Assembly: GCA_002269645.1 (NCBI GenBank)
Contig: NIVC01000056.1
Span: 434,001-498,000, forward strand
Direction: 5' to 3'
Length of the DNA stretch: 64,000 bases
Source: Macrostomum lignano
Lineage: Eukaryota
The notes beneath the pieces were generated by a model. It did no database searches. It had not been told where the DNA came from and worked only from the letters and a program-made list of their open reading frames with translations. Below are positions 1 to 17,821 of the stretch, in pieces; the first letter of the stretch is position 1; each line of letters opens with the position of its first letter. Made by a program: the position numbers and the translations under genes.

Positions 1-3000
1 CAGAGCGTGGGCCAGAGCCCCATGCTCTGGTTTGTGGGGCATCATGTCAGCACGACACGGCTTTGCACAGTCAGCCGTCTAGCCATAGGCGACATCGCGA
101 TCGCAGGCTGGATCAACAGCCGGTTCAACTAGCCGTCAAATTCGGCTTTTGAACAGCACCACATCGCACAGCTGCATCCTTCCAGCTGAACACTCATCGT
201 TGACGATGCGCCTTTCAGTTCATCTTTCCATCTTCATATACCATTAGATGCACGTTCTTCACAATTTTCCTTTGCGGTTTCGCACCAGCACAACTGGTTG
301 CCACCCCGCCAACCGATCCCGGACTCGTGATTAACCCGCTCACCGCTGCCGCACGCCCAACACCACCACCGCTGGAGCCGACTTCCTACGAGGTATAAGT
401 ACGCTGTCTCCTGACCTGGTTGCATGACACCCGGCTCTGGCACCGACGCGTCACATCGGCCCAGCTTTGTGCAGCGTACACCGCTCTATCGAAGCCATTA
501 TACATCATGACACGTAATTCACCTGGTGAAGAAGCGCGAACTGATGCGAGCTCCTCATAATATTGCAATTCATTTAGCGATTCAATTTACTAACTTAGAC
601 AGGCTCTTTGAACCTTTATCGTTTTTATACAGTTTACAATCTTAAAAAAACAAAGCACGATCTGTCAATTCGTTTCTGGAAGGGGAGTATCTTGTAGCAG
701 TTAGTACATGTACATTCGTTGTCGTTGTACTTTTCCCTTTGTTGACTTCCCCATCAACCATAGACAACACTGTTGGCTGCGGAGGAAGCCCTAAGCACAA
801 GATGAGAAATATACTCGCCCAGAGGTGGCTGCTACACATTTAGAGATGTTACATGTAGAGCTTTTTAGAGCCGGTCCCACGTCTGGGCGCGACATCCGGA
901 TGGTCCCCGATCAGACTGACAGATCTGTCTGGATCTCCGTAAATCATCTTTGATCGCACACAGTGGTTGCACAAAACCTACGAGTCTGGCAGCATCTCAC
1001 CTTGAGCCTCTCAATGTAGTTTAACAGCAGTTTGCGGACTGTGTCTAACACTGACAGAGCAGCCATCACACCTTATATCTAATCTGCATTAGACAGATAG
1101 ACAGACCCATTCTTTCTCGCATAGAGATCATCTGGTCCAGATTCCGATAGTTTCGAATCCCCCGGATCCTAATGGGTCTTTAATCCTAAAGCCACTCCCT
1201 CCAACCATTGATGACATTCTTATTAGTTCTTGTGGTTTCAAATTCGTTAAGCCGTTTAATTTTTCCACCTTAAATTTAACCTCGACTGAGTTTGCGGAAA
1301 GGATTCATACTACTGTAAAACTAGCAGGTGCGTACTACTTAGAGTAGCATTTTCGCTGGGTCGTGGCACAGACTGGTGGTCGGTGAAAAATATTCGGAGG
1401 GCGACATCGTGCGACAACCAGCGCTGATGCGATTCTGCCCCATTCCGCCGACTTTTGAGAGCATGCAAAAACGCTCGAATGCTGTAAGTGCAGTCACGCA
1501 CACATACACGAGCTCATACAGTGTGTTCAGCGGCCTTGATTTCGAATTTTAAGACATGTACTTGCCCGACATTCTCTCTGTGCCTTGGGTGTTGGCCCTC
1601 ATAGGTGTAAATCGCAAGGACCGCTAGAAGAACTTATCTAGTGGTCCTTGGTAAATCGCATGATAACTCTCGGCCAATTCTTGTGCAAACAAGCCCGAAT
1701 TGCTCATAGATTAATGTGGCACAGAATCGAGCCAAGGACTACTAGACTAGAAGTGTTCCTAGTGGTCCTTAAATCGAACCAGGAGTCACGTTTACCGCTA
1801 AGCTGCCCTGCCCTTCTCCCGGATAGGCGGTTGATATTTCCCATTCATTTCTTTCGGCAATGTCAAGTTGTAGCGAAAAGTCACATGCTCGAAAGCCCAG
1901 CGTGATTCATCGTTGGCACCATTAGCATACAGGGCGGGCGCTGCAATGCCCAGAGTGTTAGTGCTCTACGGGCTGTGGTGCCTTTGGTGCTGATTTCTAT
2001 TGCTCTAGATAGAAAGAACTAAACAATCAATTCATAATCCCGATTGTTTAAATTTAGCTCTGTGTATCATCTAAAATTGATCAGTATAATGTGCGCAATG
2101 AATTATGTGATAGTTTAGAATAGCATTTTAGAATTGCCCCAGCCAAGCCAGGCACTGAGAGGCCCGTGCGATGTCGCATATTTACGCTGCGATGAGCCCG
2201 ATAGCGAGACGAAAATCTCTGCGCCCTTGCAAATGCGGACAGAAAAATATCTGAATATGGTGAGACTGAATGATCCTGAGGTGATGAGGCGAGCTGGGCG
2301 TCTTCTGCCTTCCCAGCTTCCCTCATCCTACCGCTGACGCTTGGCTTAGCAGAGGAGTGCAGCCGCGGGAAGGAAGATCCAGATAAAAGGCACAGCGAGC
2401 GCTGGATGATTCTGAGCAGCCTCTCCGCTGCATCAATCAGCTATGAGCAGCAGCCACAGTCATAGGAGTCCCGCGGGAGAGCCGGGGGGCAACGGCCACG
2501 GGATGAATGAATAATCACTTCAGGTAAAAATAGACAGCTCTCATGACTGCCCGGTCTCTTCCTCCTGACTGTCATGCAACTCCACTTGGGACTTCTCGGT
2601 ATCTACTCAGCTGGTAAATAATGCACTGGAGAGGCCGAGCTCATCTTGAGCAGCATTCTTGTGGCTCGCGTCTAGTTTATAGTGAAATTTAGAATTAGAA
2701 AATCAACTGCTCAATTTTTTGCTCACTGACACTCTTCTTCCCATCTCTACCCGCTTCGCCCGCTTGCGCCATCAGGAGTCTTGGGAGAAGTTTTTCAACT
2801 AGTTTTTTGTTTGGCCATCAATAATTTTAAAAAGGCACCTTAAAATTTCGGAACCAGTGACTACTTGGCACCTCGGTTTCTAAATCATCCAATTGGTCTA
2901 GGCTTTCAAATCTGTGAAAAGTCGACGAGAACAAACGTTGAACCAAGGACCACTGAGAAGTCACTTCTTCTTAAGTAGTCCTTGCGTTGAACGAGAAAGA

Positions 3001-5937
3001 CTTGAGATCAGGAGACTCAGACACCTTTTTTAACGGCGGCATTGACATTGAGTTTGCTTGGGTTTGTTAATTTCAGTTGCAAAAAAAGCCCGGAGTTCAG
3101 ACTAAGCATCAGTATCAGCGCTTTACAAGCTCTCAAATGCGCGGTTGACTGCAAAAGTACATCCTCAACTTTCGAGCGGATTGTCTGAATTTTAATTTTT
3201 AGCGCATCTCCTTCCACCCGCGGAGGCTGTCAGGCAGACCCGTCATTGGCCCGGACAGCTGATTGGAGCCCCGGCTCAGAGCGGTAAGCTAATTAATAAT
3301 ATAAGGGAATCCCTGAGATGTGCACCGATGAATGCAGTTCAGGCATTGCATACGAAATCCTTGCGCACTGTCTGAAGCAGTCGGAGCCAAGTCTTGGTCA
3401 CGCAATAAAACCAGGAAAAGAGCTGAGTTTGTCTGGGTAAGCCAAGCCACTATTACACACGCTCATCTGCAGTGTCTCCCAGCTGTGCCAACACGCCATC
3501 TCCCTTTCCCCACTAACTGCAGTTGAGTTTACTTGCAATTAACAAGGCTGTTAAATGCGAACAGATTTTCTAAGAATCAGAACAGATGCAAAATGCAGAA
3601 TCGCTTTATACTTTATAATTTTTTATAACAGGAAAAGTGCAGTACTTTGATTTGCAGTTCTCCAACGATATGTATCAGAAGTAACCCTTGAACTAACCTC
3701 GTAAGACTTTGAGTTTTCGTCCTACCGGTAGTTGGTCCGCTTTTAAGTCGATCCGCAGCCAGCAGGCCCGTTATGCCCTTCTCTTTGACCCCTGAGAATA
3801 TGCAAAACGGATGTAAACTTGAGCTCCGGAATGCGGCCCAGAGCTGCAATCGATAACTCACCGGACCGGTCGGTCAGAGATGCCGAGACATCTCATCCGC
3901 GTCCCTCCCTTGGGCTATCAGAGGGGGGGGGGTAAGGAGACTAAAATTGGGATTTCATATCAATTTATGGCTCTAGAATAGAGCCGAAAATAAAGCCAAC
4001 TGGTCTGACAAGGACTTTATTAGCATTTCTTCGGCTGCATTCCGGTGCTTTAGTTGACACACTACCACCGGGCTAGCTCCTATACAGCCCCAACCATGAG
4101 CCCTAACGTCTTGCTGTCCTAGTTTAAGGAAAGGAAATAAGGCTGGTATGATATTTGGGTCAGCAAGTTAAAAGTACAAGAGATAAGTTTTAGTGCGAGT
4201 TTTCGCTAGCTAGTGACTGGCAGCAGAGTCTGCGGGGGAAGAGAGTAGCTCGTATTTGACGACTCAAGAAAGTTTAAAATGTCGGAAAAGTTTGCGGGGT
4301 TAGAAAATGACTTCAAGGGATCGAAGGGAAAGCCAGTTGAGACGGAACTGTAGCTCAGCAGATACCGGCCAAGTGTACATAAAATGCTGCAGCTGCAGAC
4401 GCGCTCGCACCCGGATTCAATTATTGCAGACATGGGCGACAGCTTTGAAGAGGACTCGGTCGCCGCTTCTGCTGAAAGGTTCGTGCATCTCTCTTAATCT
4501 TCCCTGTTGATTGAAGTAACTGCCTTATTTAAATGAAAATTTAAATAAATGCTGCCTTTGGAGAATGTTAATTACATTATGAGTGTAAATAACATTCTCC
4601 AAAGCATATATTATACCATTTAGCAGAATTTCTATGGTAATTTTGTAACGAAAGGGACTTCGAGTTTGGTAAGTGAAATTCTTCAGCCTCCAGCATCCAG
4701 GTCATGTGTACGAATCTGACCTCTTGTGTCACGTCACTATTCCAATCTCCATGAAGTGGTCGTACATTGTTAAACTTAATGCACAAAGCAGGAAAATCTG
4801 CAACAAGCTTTTGCTGCATTTCTTTGAGGGTCAGAGCCGGCTTCGCACCCGAGCATCTCATCAGAAAACTTTGGTCTCACAGCACCTCCACGCGCGCTAA
4901 GACCAATCTTACCCTCTTCAACACACGAGTATCTCCCGATGATGTCATTGACAGTTGTCCTTTTGATGTCCAGTTCAATTGCGAGTTGAAAACATCGCAC
5001 AAGTCTGGAGCGACCCAACACGCAAATTCTCAAATTCTCAAATTCTCAAAGATTTCAAGAAACTGGGAAACTTTTCAACAGCCTCACCATCTTACCTTTA
5101 AGTTTACCATAGCCCCCTTATTTTCTTGCCGTAGGAAAAGCAAAGAAATTTTCTGATCAGGCTGCATTTACACAGACGATTTTCCGTTATTTAGACAAAT
5201 TCGAAGTTATTTTCTCTGCAAAAATTACAGAATTAGACATTCATTCTCCTCCCCTTGAACGCTATATAGTTTTGCAAACGTTGACGAAGTTGAACTCACT
5301 TTTTACGAATCGGAAGTTGAAATGGTATATTATTATTATCAAACAGACGCGAGAACATACTAAATTCACTAGCCATACAACAAATATGCGTTCCTCACTA
5401 GAAGAAACTCGAGTGCAGCGTCCTACGAGCTACTTTAGTTGTCCATGGTTGATTTATGCACGTGTTGTATTATCCGCTGCCTTCCGGCCATACCGCAGCT
5501 CGTAGACGGGGTGATCGGGATTTGGGTACAGGAGTGCCCAGAGCTTGCCGAATGGAATAGAAAGGGTGAGCGGCGACCCCAGAGGCGTACAGACACTCCG
5601 GGACGGAAGTGAATGGACCGGGAGCGTACTGACACCCGTTAAAGCCCTAATAAAAGAGATGCGCGCGAATGATGAGACTGCCACTCGGCAGCGACAGAGA
5701 GAGAGGTGAACACTGCACTGGTCTGGAGGCGCACAGACACTTCGCAGACTGAAGGCTTCGACGGGAAGAGAGAGGATGAGCAGGCTGCCACTCGCCTGCA
5801 ATCCTGATGATAGACAATTAGAGGACAAAGTCAAAACAGGAAGAAAATGTAAAAAAAAAATCAGTAAAGATTCACTTCTATTTATCTTACCCACCGAGGT
5901 CACAGGCATGAAAAGCGACTTCAAGTGAAGTGAATTC

Positions 5938-6470
5938 GGCTAGGGTTGGGCTAAGGCTAAGCCTCGCAGGGCTGGGGTTGGGGCTAAGCCCCGCAGGGCT
6001 GGGGGTGGGGCTAAGCCACGCAGGGCTGGGGTTGGGGCTAAGCCCCGCAGGGCTGGGGTTGGGGCTAAGCCTTGCAGGGCTGGGGTTGGGGCTAAGCCCC
6101 GCAGGGCTGGGGTTGGGGCTAAGCTTTGCAGGGCTGGGGGTGGGGCTAAGCCCCGCAGGGCTGGGGTGGGGCTAAGCCTTGCAGGGCTGGGGTTGCAGGG
6201 CTGGGGTTGGGGCTAAGCCCCGCAGGGCTGGGGTTGGGGCTAAGCTTTGCAGGGCTGGGGTTGGGGCTAAGCCTAAGGGCTGGGGTTGGGGCTAAGCCCC
6301 TGCAAGCCCCGCAGGGCTGGGGGTGGGGCTAAGCCTTGCAGGGCTGGGGTTGGGGCTAAGCCCCGCAGGGCTGGGGTTGGGGCTAAGCCCCGCAGGGCTG
6401 GGGGTGGGGCTAAGCCCCGCAGGGCTAGAGGTGGGGCTAAGCCCCGCAGGGCTGGGGGTAGGCCTAAGCC
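5938..6470. repeat. 27-bp minisatellite (GGGCTGGGGTTGGGGCTAAGCCCCGCA)
   Basis: Tandem units visible. Confidence 0.95.
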
Positions 6471-7299
6471 AGGAAATTCTTGTTTTGATGTGTCCAGATT
6501 TACCGAAAAATATTTAATTCCCCCTTTCTAGTTTCTAAATCATTTAAAATTATCAAGTACTTTAAATACTACTGACGAGTAGAACTCGTCGATTCTGCTA
6601 CAGTTTTTTCTAGAAATTTCGCCAGATTTGCCTCGACCAGTCTGCATATTTTTTCTCAATTTCCATTACAAGCCTCGTGGTAGGCGGGGGGACGAATTCG
6701 TGTTGACAGAAGTATAGCTGAAACGAACGAGGCCTAAATGAAACTAGGGATTTTGCATGCCTTTCCTGGGGAGAAACTGGATAGGAGGGAGTGTGGAAAA
6801 GATTAAAATAACATTTCATGCAGTTTCTGCGTACCTCGGGAGATTGCAACTCTAAGCCTGTTGGAAAAAGTGATTCTCAGCAGATGATGGAGCTTCTCTC
6901 CTCCCTCGGCCCTATGCTCTATATTTTCATCACAACTCTCATTTCCCCAGCCGTCTGTGATTGGCCGTGAGCTCTGGCTCTGGCCGAAACCAGCTGCTGC
7001 TTGTATATAGACAGAAAAGCGACTCAAATAGATGTGGAGGCAGTTTAGACTCTTTACCTTCTCTTCTCTGCTTTACGTGACTTCCCCGAATCGTGTCCTT
7101 TCCAACGCAGATTTCGAACAGGGAAAATATTGAAAAATAAGTTTGCTCAAACTGATGACCGACACAGCTGAGTCGCCCTCAACTTTTGGCGAGAGCGGGA
7201 ACGGCCCGACAGGACGACCTCTCGAGAAGTAAGGCTGGAGTGCCGGGCTCTGGGAGCACTGACTGCACCACCCTTCTTTTCCTTCACCCCCTCTTGGTG

Positions 7300-7660
7300 C
7301 AAATCCAATTCTTCATCCTTTATTTGGCGTCTCCTCTGCCCCTTCCCGATTCTTCATTTGGCATCTCTGCTCCATACCAATCCTTTATTTGGCGTCTCTG
7401 CCTCTTTCCGATCCTTCATTTGGGGTCTCAGCCTCTTCCCCATCCTTCATTTGGGGTCTCTGCCCTCCTCCCGATTCTTCATTTGGGGTCTCTGCCTCTT
7501 TGAAATCCTTCATTCGGTGTCTCTGCTCCATCCCGATCCTTCATTTGGCGTCTCTGCTCCATCCCGATCCTTCATTCGGTGTCTCTGCTCCATCCCGATC
7601 CTTCATTTGGCGTCTCTGCTCCATCCCGATCCGTCGTTTGGCGTCCCTGCGCCGTCCAGA
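7300..7660. repeat. ~31-bp minisatellite
   Basis: CTCTGCTCCATCCCGATCCTTCATTTGGCGT units. Confidence 0.9.
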
Positions 7661-8398
7661 TCCTTCCTCTGGATCGGGAAGGGACAGATACGACAAGAGG
7701 AACTTAATGAGCATGATTGATTGCTTCCTCGCTGGCTGCGGGTTGACCGTGGACTTGATTTAGGGCTCTTCTCAAATTCTTTCTGCTACTAACAGCAACT
7801 ACTCGTAAAATTCTTAAAAAAACTTCAGGGTAGGACACCAGTACCTCTCCGAAACCTTAACCCATGAACACTCAAACCGGCTGTAAGTTTCCACTCAGTC
7901 GCACACAAGAAGCTATTTATGCAGTTGGTTCTAACAGCAACAGCGAAAGAGGAATTTTAAATACTTGCAGTTAAAGTACGGAGAATGAAATACGGCCCGT
8001 TCTGCAAGTTTTCTTTCGCCTTCTCTCCTAATCCGCCTTCGCTACAGACGTTCGCACTCGCACACTGGCGATTGGGTACAGCAGGATTGGGAAGATAAAG
8101 TAACACATGCAGTCAGGTCTTTTTCCAGTACAGCATAGGGATTGAAGCAGAATAGCCGTATGAATAAAAATTTGCTGTAGGTCAGTGCACAGACAGAGCG
8201 AAGGTTGCAAAGCTGGCCCAGTTGGGGGTTGGTGGTGTCGAAGGCCGGTCCGAGCTCCTATCAGGCAGCTGGAATCGTCCAGGGGGGAGGGTGGACGCTG
8301 CTCGGCTTAGCGTTTCCCAAGGCTGCGTAATTAACTTTGTTCCCTGGCGCAGTCCGCCCGATTCTGGTTTCTGCCTGGATTTTTTTCCTACCTTGGCT

Positions 8399-11361
8399 AT
8401 GTCAGTTGAGCCAAAATGGCCTTGGAGACTGAGCCGTAAGTCTGCCGCGATGAAAGGAACTGTTTTTACAATAGCTACTATATAGGACTCAGGTGTGAGA
8501 TTGCGATTCTCAGGTATGAGATTGAGATTCTCAGGTATGAGATTGAGATTTTCAGGAATGAGATTGAGATTCTCAGGTATGAGATTGAGATTCTCAGGTA
8601 TGAGATCGGGATTCTCAGGTATGAGATTAAGATTTTCAGGTATGATATTGAGATTCTCAGGTATGAGATTGAGATTCTCAGGTATGAGATTGAGATTTTC
8701 AGGAATGAGATTGAGATTCTCAGGTATGAGATTGAGATTTTCAGGTATGAGATTGAGATTCTCAGGTATGAGATTGAGATTCTCAGGTATGAGATTGAGA
8801 TTCTCAGGTATGAGATTGAGATTCTCAGATATGAGATTGAGATTCTCAGGTATGAGATTGAGATTTTCAGGTATGAGATTGAGATTTTCAGGTATGAGAT
8901 TGCGATTCTCAGGTATGAGGTTTAGATTCTCAGGTATGAGATCGGGATTCTCAACTATGAGATTTTGATTCTCAGGTATGGGATTGAAATTCTCAAGTAT
9001 CAGACTGAAATTCTCAGGTATGAGACTGAAATTCTCAAGTATGAGATTGAGATTCTCAGGTATGAGACTGAAATTCTCAGGTATGAGATTGAGATTCTCA
9101 GGTATGAGACTGAAATTCTCAGGTATGAGAAAAGATCCTATTCGAAGACTCTGTTCCTCACCCGAGCTCAGAAAGCAGAGCAGCGGCGATCTGCACAGCC
9201 GGTTAAAAACCCGGAAGCTTCTTGGCGTCGGTGAGACAGACGACGGCGACGTGCACCGGTCGAAGCTGAGCCAAATTCTCGGCCACAGCGAGCAGCTGCA
9301 CCACCGCGGCCTGTCGTGGGCAGCGAGGACTTGGACTGCCGCCTGCGGCCTGGCCTGCGCCGCTGCCGCCACCGCCGTGAGTCCGGGGAAGTTATGCCGG
9401 TGAGAGCTGATTCAGGTAGGGGGCTAGGTCAGGTGAGAGGGGGCTGGGTCAGGTGAGAGGGGGCTGTGTCAGGTGGAGGGCTAGGTCAGGTGGGGGCTGG
9501 GTCAGGTGGGGGCTGGGTCAGGTGGAGGGCTAGGTCAGGTGGGGGGCTGGGTCAGGTGGAGGCTGGGTCAGGTGGAGGGCTGAGTCAGGTGGGTGGCTGG
9601 GTCAGGTGTGGAGGGTTGGGTCAGGTGGGTGGCTGGGTCAGATGGGGGCTGGGTCAGGTGGAGTCAATGGACTCAGTGGAATTTTTAGTGGGAGTTCTGA
9701 TTGTCAGGGGGAGTCAAGGCGAGTCAGGGTCAGGGTCAGTCAGGGGAGTCAGTCAGGGGTAGTCAAGCAATGGGAGTCGGGGGAGGTCAGTGAGAGCCAG
9801 AAGGAGACAGGAGAGAGAGGAGCAACCACTGGAGTTAAGGCAGTCCCTTAGAAAATATTGAAAGTCGAATAGCAGAATTCTCTCTTCTTGGGAAAGCAGC
9901 TGGGGAATTCTCCCTGTTCTAATCCCTAGGGATTAGTTCTGTCGTGCGGACCTACTGAGTATTTAATCAAGGTGAGTGTGCGCAGGTGCTCGATGGGGGT
10001 TCCGGAATATGAGCTTCAGCTCGGGCTGAGCGAGCGGAATGTACTTTTTGTGGAGTCTTGAAATTTTTTATCTCAACAACGCGTTCCGAGTTGTCTATTT
10101 TGAGCCGCCTCAGCTCTAAGTCTGTCAATTCCCATTTGCCCCTAACCCTGTTAAACTCCCCGGAGGAGCTCAAACTCCTCAGGCCCCTCAAGCAAATTTT
10201 CTAATTATCATGGCATTTCCTACAGTCTCGAGTTGCCTTTGACCAGAGTCGGCCAGTAATTTTCTAATTATCATGGCATTTCCTACAGTCTCGAGTTGCC
10301 TTTGACCAGAGTCGGCCAGTAATTTTCTAATTATCATGGCATTTCCTACAGTCTCGAGTTGCCTTTGACCAGAGTCGGCCAGTAATTTTCTAATTATCAT
10401 GGCATTTCCTACAGTCTCGAGTTGCCTTTGACCAGAGTCGGCCAGTAATTTTCTAATTATCATGGCATTTCCTACAGTCTCGAGTTGCCTTTGACCAGAG
10501 TCGGCCAGTAATTAAGCGCTTCTGCTGAGCGGAATTGCAAAGCAAAGACAGCCACCTGGCACGGTCAACCATCTGCTTTCCGTTTGTTGTAGATTTTCTT
10601 CAAGCCGGGGCTTCTTTTCGGCCATCAGGAGGCGACCGAGCTTGCGACCGACCTTGTTGCTAGGCTGTACGCCTGCGCGCTGATGGGTGAGTGCCTCGGT
10701 AGGGCTGCTCCATCTTGTCAATAATATGATGATGGATAGCCTATTCTCGCTTTTGGCCGAGACTTTTGTGGCTCTAACTCACTTTCTACTGCCTTTTTTA
10801 TTCTAATCCACACTTGACTCTCCCCTCCCCTGACTCTCTACTCCTCTCACCTGACTCTCCACTTCTCTCACCTGACTCTCCACTTCTCTCACCTGACTCT
10901 CCACTTCTCTCACCTGACTCTCCACTCTTCTCACCTGACTCTCCCTCCTCTCACCTGACTCTCCCCTCCTCTCACCTGACTCTCCCCTCCTCTCACCTGA
11001 CTCTCCCCTCCTCTCACCTGACTCTCTACTCATCTCATCTGACTCTTCCCTCCTCTCAACTGACTCTTCACCCTCCTTACCTTGACTCTCTACTCCCACT
11101 GACTCCACTTCCCCCACTTGACTCTCAGTCCCCCGCCCCCCAATCTCCGCAGCCCTCGCCGGGTTCCTGTGTCTCTCCTGGCGTAGCTCAGACCGCGAGC
11201 TGGCCCGCCAGTCCATCATCCTGATGGCGGCCTTGGCAGCCGCCAACTGCGCCCTGCTGTGGCTGCACCCCGCTGGCTGGCTGCCCCGGCTGGCCGCTCT
11301 GGCGATGCTGGCGGCGGCCGCGGCCGCCTGCGCAAAATTCTGCCAGCTTGCTGGCGGCTGA
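8399..11361 (+). CDS. TP53I11: TP53I11 (PIG11)-like membrane protein, spliced: possible exon 8399-8435, exon ~9123-9399, 23-nt microexon 10664-10686, exon 11153-11361
   Basis: [37 protein letters not shown] closely resembles the TP53I11 N-terminal motif. GT-AG phases join as [21 protein letters not shown]. The first exon is tentative. Confidence 0.8.
8487..9129. repeat. 21-bp minisatellite (GAGATTCTCAGGTATGAGATT)
   Basis: About 30 tandem units. Confidence 0.95.
9410..9770. repeat. Degenerate G-rich GGGCTGGGTCAGGT repeats
   Basis: Tandem units visible. Confidence 0.85.
10195..10512. repeat. 63-bp perfect tandem repeat, 5 copies
   Basis: Identical units starting at 10195, 10258, 10321, 10384 and 10447. 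Confidence 0.97.
10815..11110. repeat. 21-bp pyrimidine-rich minisatellite
   Basis: CCTGACTCTCCACTTCTCTCA units. Confidence 0.9.
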
Positions 11362-11884
11362 CGAGTCAAATGATGACTGTCGAAGCTTTTGCTAGAGGCT
11401 GCGGATGAAGACAAATTTCAACGCTCGCAACAGAGACAACAGTTTTTTTTCTAAGAAATCAACAGAAACCGCTGATCCTGTTTGCCAGATTAGTTACGAG
11501 ATGTTCCGGAGAATCGCTGCAGATTAAATTTTATTTCTAGAAAAGGGAGAAAAATTGTTGCGGAGGTTTACATGTGCGTAGTACGACCTCCATTTGAGAT
11601 GTTTTGTTAGTTGTGCCCTGTGGAGGCTTCTTTTAGTAGATGAATCAAAAAAGTTCAAGAGCAGACCTGCAAACTATTTTCTGTGCCTCATTGGGCACTT
11701 TACAGCCGCTTTCGGGATGCAGTCTGAAGTCATTGGAGCCCCGAAAGTGTCTGACAACTTGATGAAACCGCTTTTCATTAATAGTAGCGTGCGGAACTTT
11801 TAGCATGTAGTTAACAGGGGCGCAGATTAATTAAACAAACCAGGGGAGCAGTCAGCATTTTTTTTATTAGGGGGCGGGGCGCAA

Positions 11885-12320
11885 TCTTGGAGGCGTCAAC
11901 TTGGGTGGCGTCATTTTGGGTGGCGCCATCTTTTGGGCGCCAGCTCATGGCGCTATTTTGGCGGCGCAATCTTGGCTGGTGTCACCTGGGACGCCATCTT
12001 GGTGGCGCCATCGTGACGGCGTCATCTTGGGGCGCCATCTTGAGGGCGCCATCTTCTGGGCGTCGTCTTGGGTGGCGTCACCTGGGGCGCCATCTTGGGG
12101 GCGCCATCTTAGGTGACGTCACTTGGGGGCGTCATCTTAGGGGGCGTCATTTTGGGTGGCGTCATCTTGGGTGGCGTCTCTTGTGGGCGATATCTTGGGG
12201 GGGGGGCGATATTTTAAGGGCGCCATCTTGACGGCGCAATCTTGGGGCACCATCTTGGGTGGCACCATCTTGGGGGGGGGGGCGCCATCTTCTGGGCGTC
12301 ATCTTTGAAGGGGGGGGGCA
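11885..12320. repeat. Degenerate GGCGCCATCTTGGG repeat array
   Basis: Tandem variant units. Confidence 0.85.
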
Positions 12321-13359
12321 AATCAGCAGGCTTGATGGCGCCATCATTTCTACCAGCCCACCCTGACTACGCTCGTAATAAACATCAAAAGAGGCCTAAT
12401 TAAAATTCGAAACCAACTGCGAAAGTTTTTATCAACTACCTGCCTAAATCATGCTAATTAAACTTTTTTGACTCCAGAGAGCCAAGAACCACATAAAATT
12501 AGAAAGACTTTTGAATAATTTGGTTTCTTGGAATTTATTTGAAGGCTCAATAAATTGTGGAGTTAAGAAATTTTCTTACTTTAAACGTTAAACTTGTTGG
12601 ATTGCAATACCGTGTAAGGAAAAAAGTTATTGCTTTCGATAACAAATTCGTTTTCAGTAGATTCCGGTATGCCTAAAAACGCAATATCCTGTCCGACCAC
12701 TTACAGTGGTCCTTGGCAACTGTGTGCATAGCTCCTAAGCACTACGACTATTGATATTGTAGTGTTTGCGGTCTGCATAGCTAGAGATCGCAACCGTAGC
12801 AACTTTGATACTCAATAATTGAGCACAATACTTGCCCATGCAGCTGATTTTCCCTCTATCTGGGAGTTTCCCACGCCATCGGAAATTAATAAATCATATC
12901 GAATCCCCAGAGGCTTGGCCTTACTCTGTGTGCAATCATTTTCCAACGATTGGTTTCAATAAATATGAGTGCAATGTTCAATTTACACTACTAACAAACT
13001 AATAACAAGTAGTACTACAAGATTTAAACAAAATGGAGCAATGCAGGAACACAAAACTGCGGCAGTGGCATTCTTATAGAAATTGAAAGAGACCGTCTAC
13101 TGAAAGTAGCAAGGAGGAAATTTAAAGCGAGAGTCTTAGTAGTGTGTGCAGAAATTTTATGCTACTTCTGCTACTTACGAGCTAATATAACTTTGAACTC
13201 GAGTGCCCACTGCAGGTGAAAGGCCTTTGGCTCTTTAGCTCAGCAATACACGAAATACTCTTTTTTGAATGATTTTTACAAAGGGTTGAATTTTGTTTTA
13301 CTCTAAAAATGGACGGTCGCACGCCGCATCATCCGCACTGAGTCGCACAGTCCACAGTC

Positions 13360-13720
13360 GCATTGTCACAGTCTCACTGTCCACAGTCTCACTGTCCACA
13401 GTCTCACTATCCACAGTCACACTATCCACAGTCTCACTATCCACAGTCGCACTGTCCACAGTCTCACAGTCCAGTCGCACTGTCCACAGTCTCACTGTCC
13501 ACAGTCTCACTGTCACAGTCTCACTGTCCACAGTCTCACTGTCACAATCTCACTGTCCACAGTCACACTCTCCACAGTCTCACTGTCCACAGTCGCACTG
13601 TCACAGTCTCACTGTCCACAGTCTCACTGTCCACAGTCTCACTGTCACAGTCTCACTGTCCACAGTCGCACTGTCCACAGTCTCACTGTCACAGTCTCAC
13701 TGTCCACAGTCTCACTGTTC
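13360..13720. repeat. ~15-bp minisatellite (CACAGTCTCACTGTC)
   Basis: Tandem units. Confidence 0.92.
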
Positions 13721-14090
13721 CACAGTTCTACTTGAGTAGTCCCTGGCATGGCGCATACTGGATGGAGCCGCAGTCCAGAAGGTCAGAAAACTGCCGGTTT
13801 AGTGCTGAACAGCTAAATACTGTAGTTCACTGGATCACCAGAATCAGCATTGCCGGCAGTTTAGCGGTTCTCAAGCAGACAATCAAGTCTGCCGCAGAAG
13901 CCAATGCTAGTGCGAGACAAGTCTCACTTCATTGCCATTGGACAGAATTAAAGGTGCGAGTATGAAAAAACGGAGCGCGTTTGAGCACAAAAATTATAAA
14001 AGAAACACGCGGAAACCCTTGCTGAGTAACTTACACCGAATTAAAGCGAGCCTCCTGGATCACAGAATCTGACAGACTGCAGCATCGGCA

Positions 14091-17821
<3,731 letters not shown>

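Noticed and set aside
4206-4510. Degenerate LINE 3' end
   Set aside because: Only a vague resemblance, with no RT motif recognisable.
10195-10512. CRISPR-like array
   Set aside because: Contiguous identical units with no spacers, in a eukaryotic context with no cas genes.
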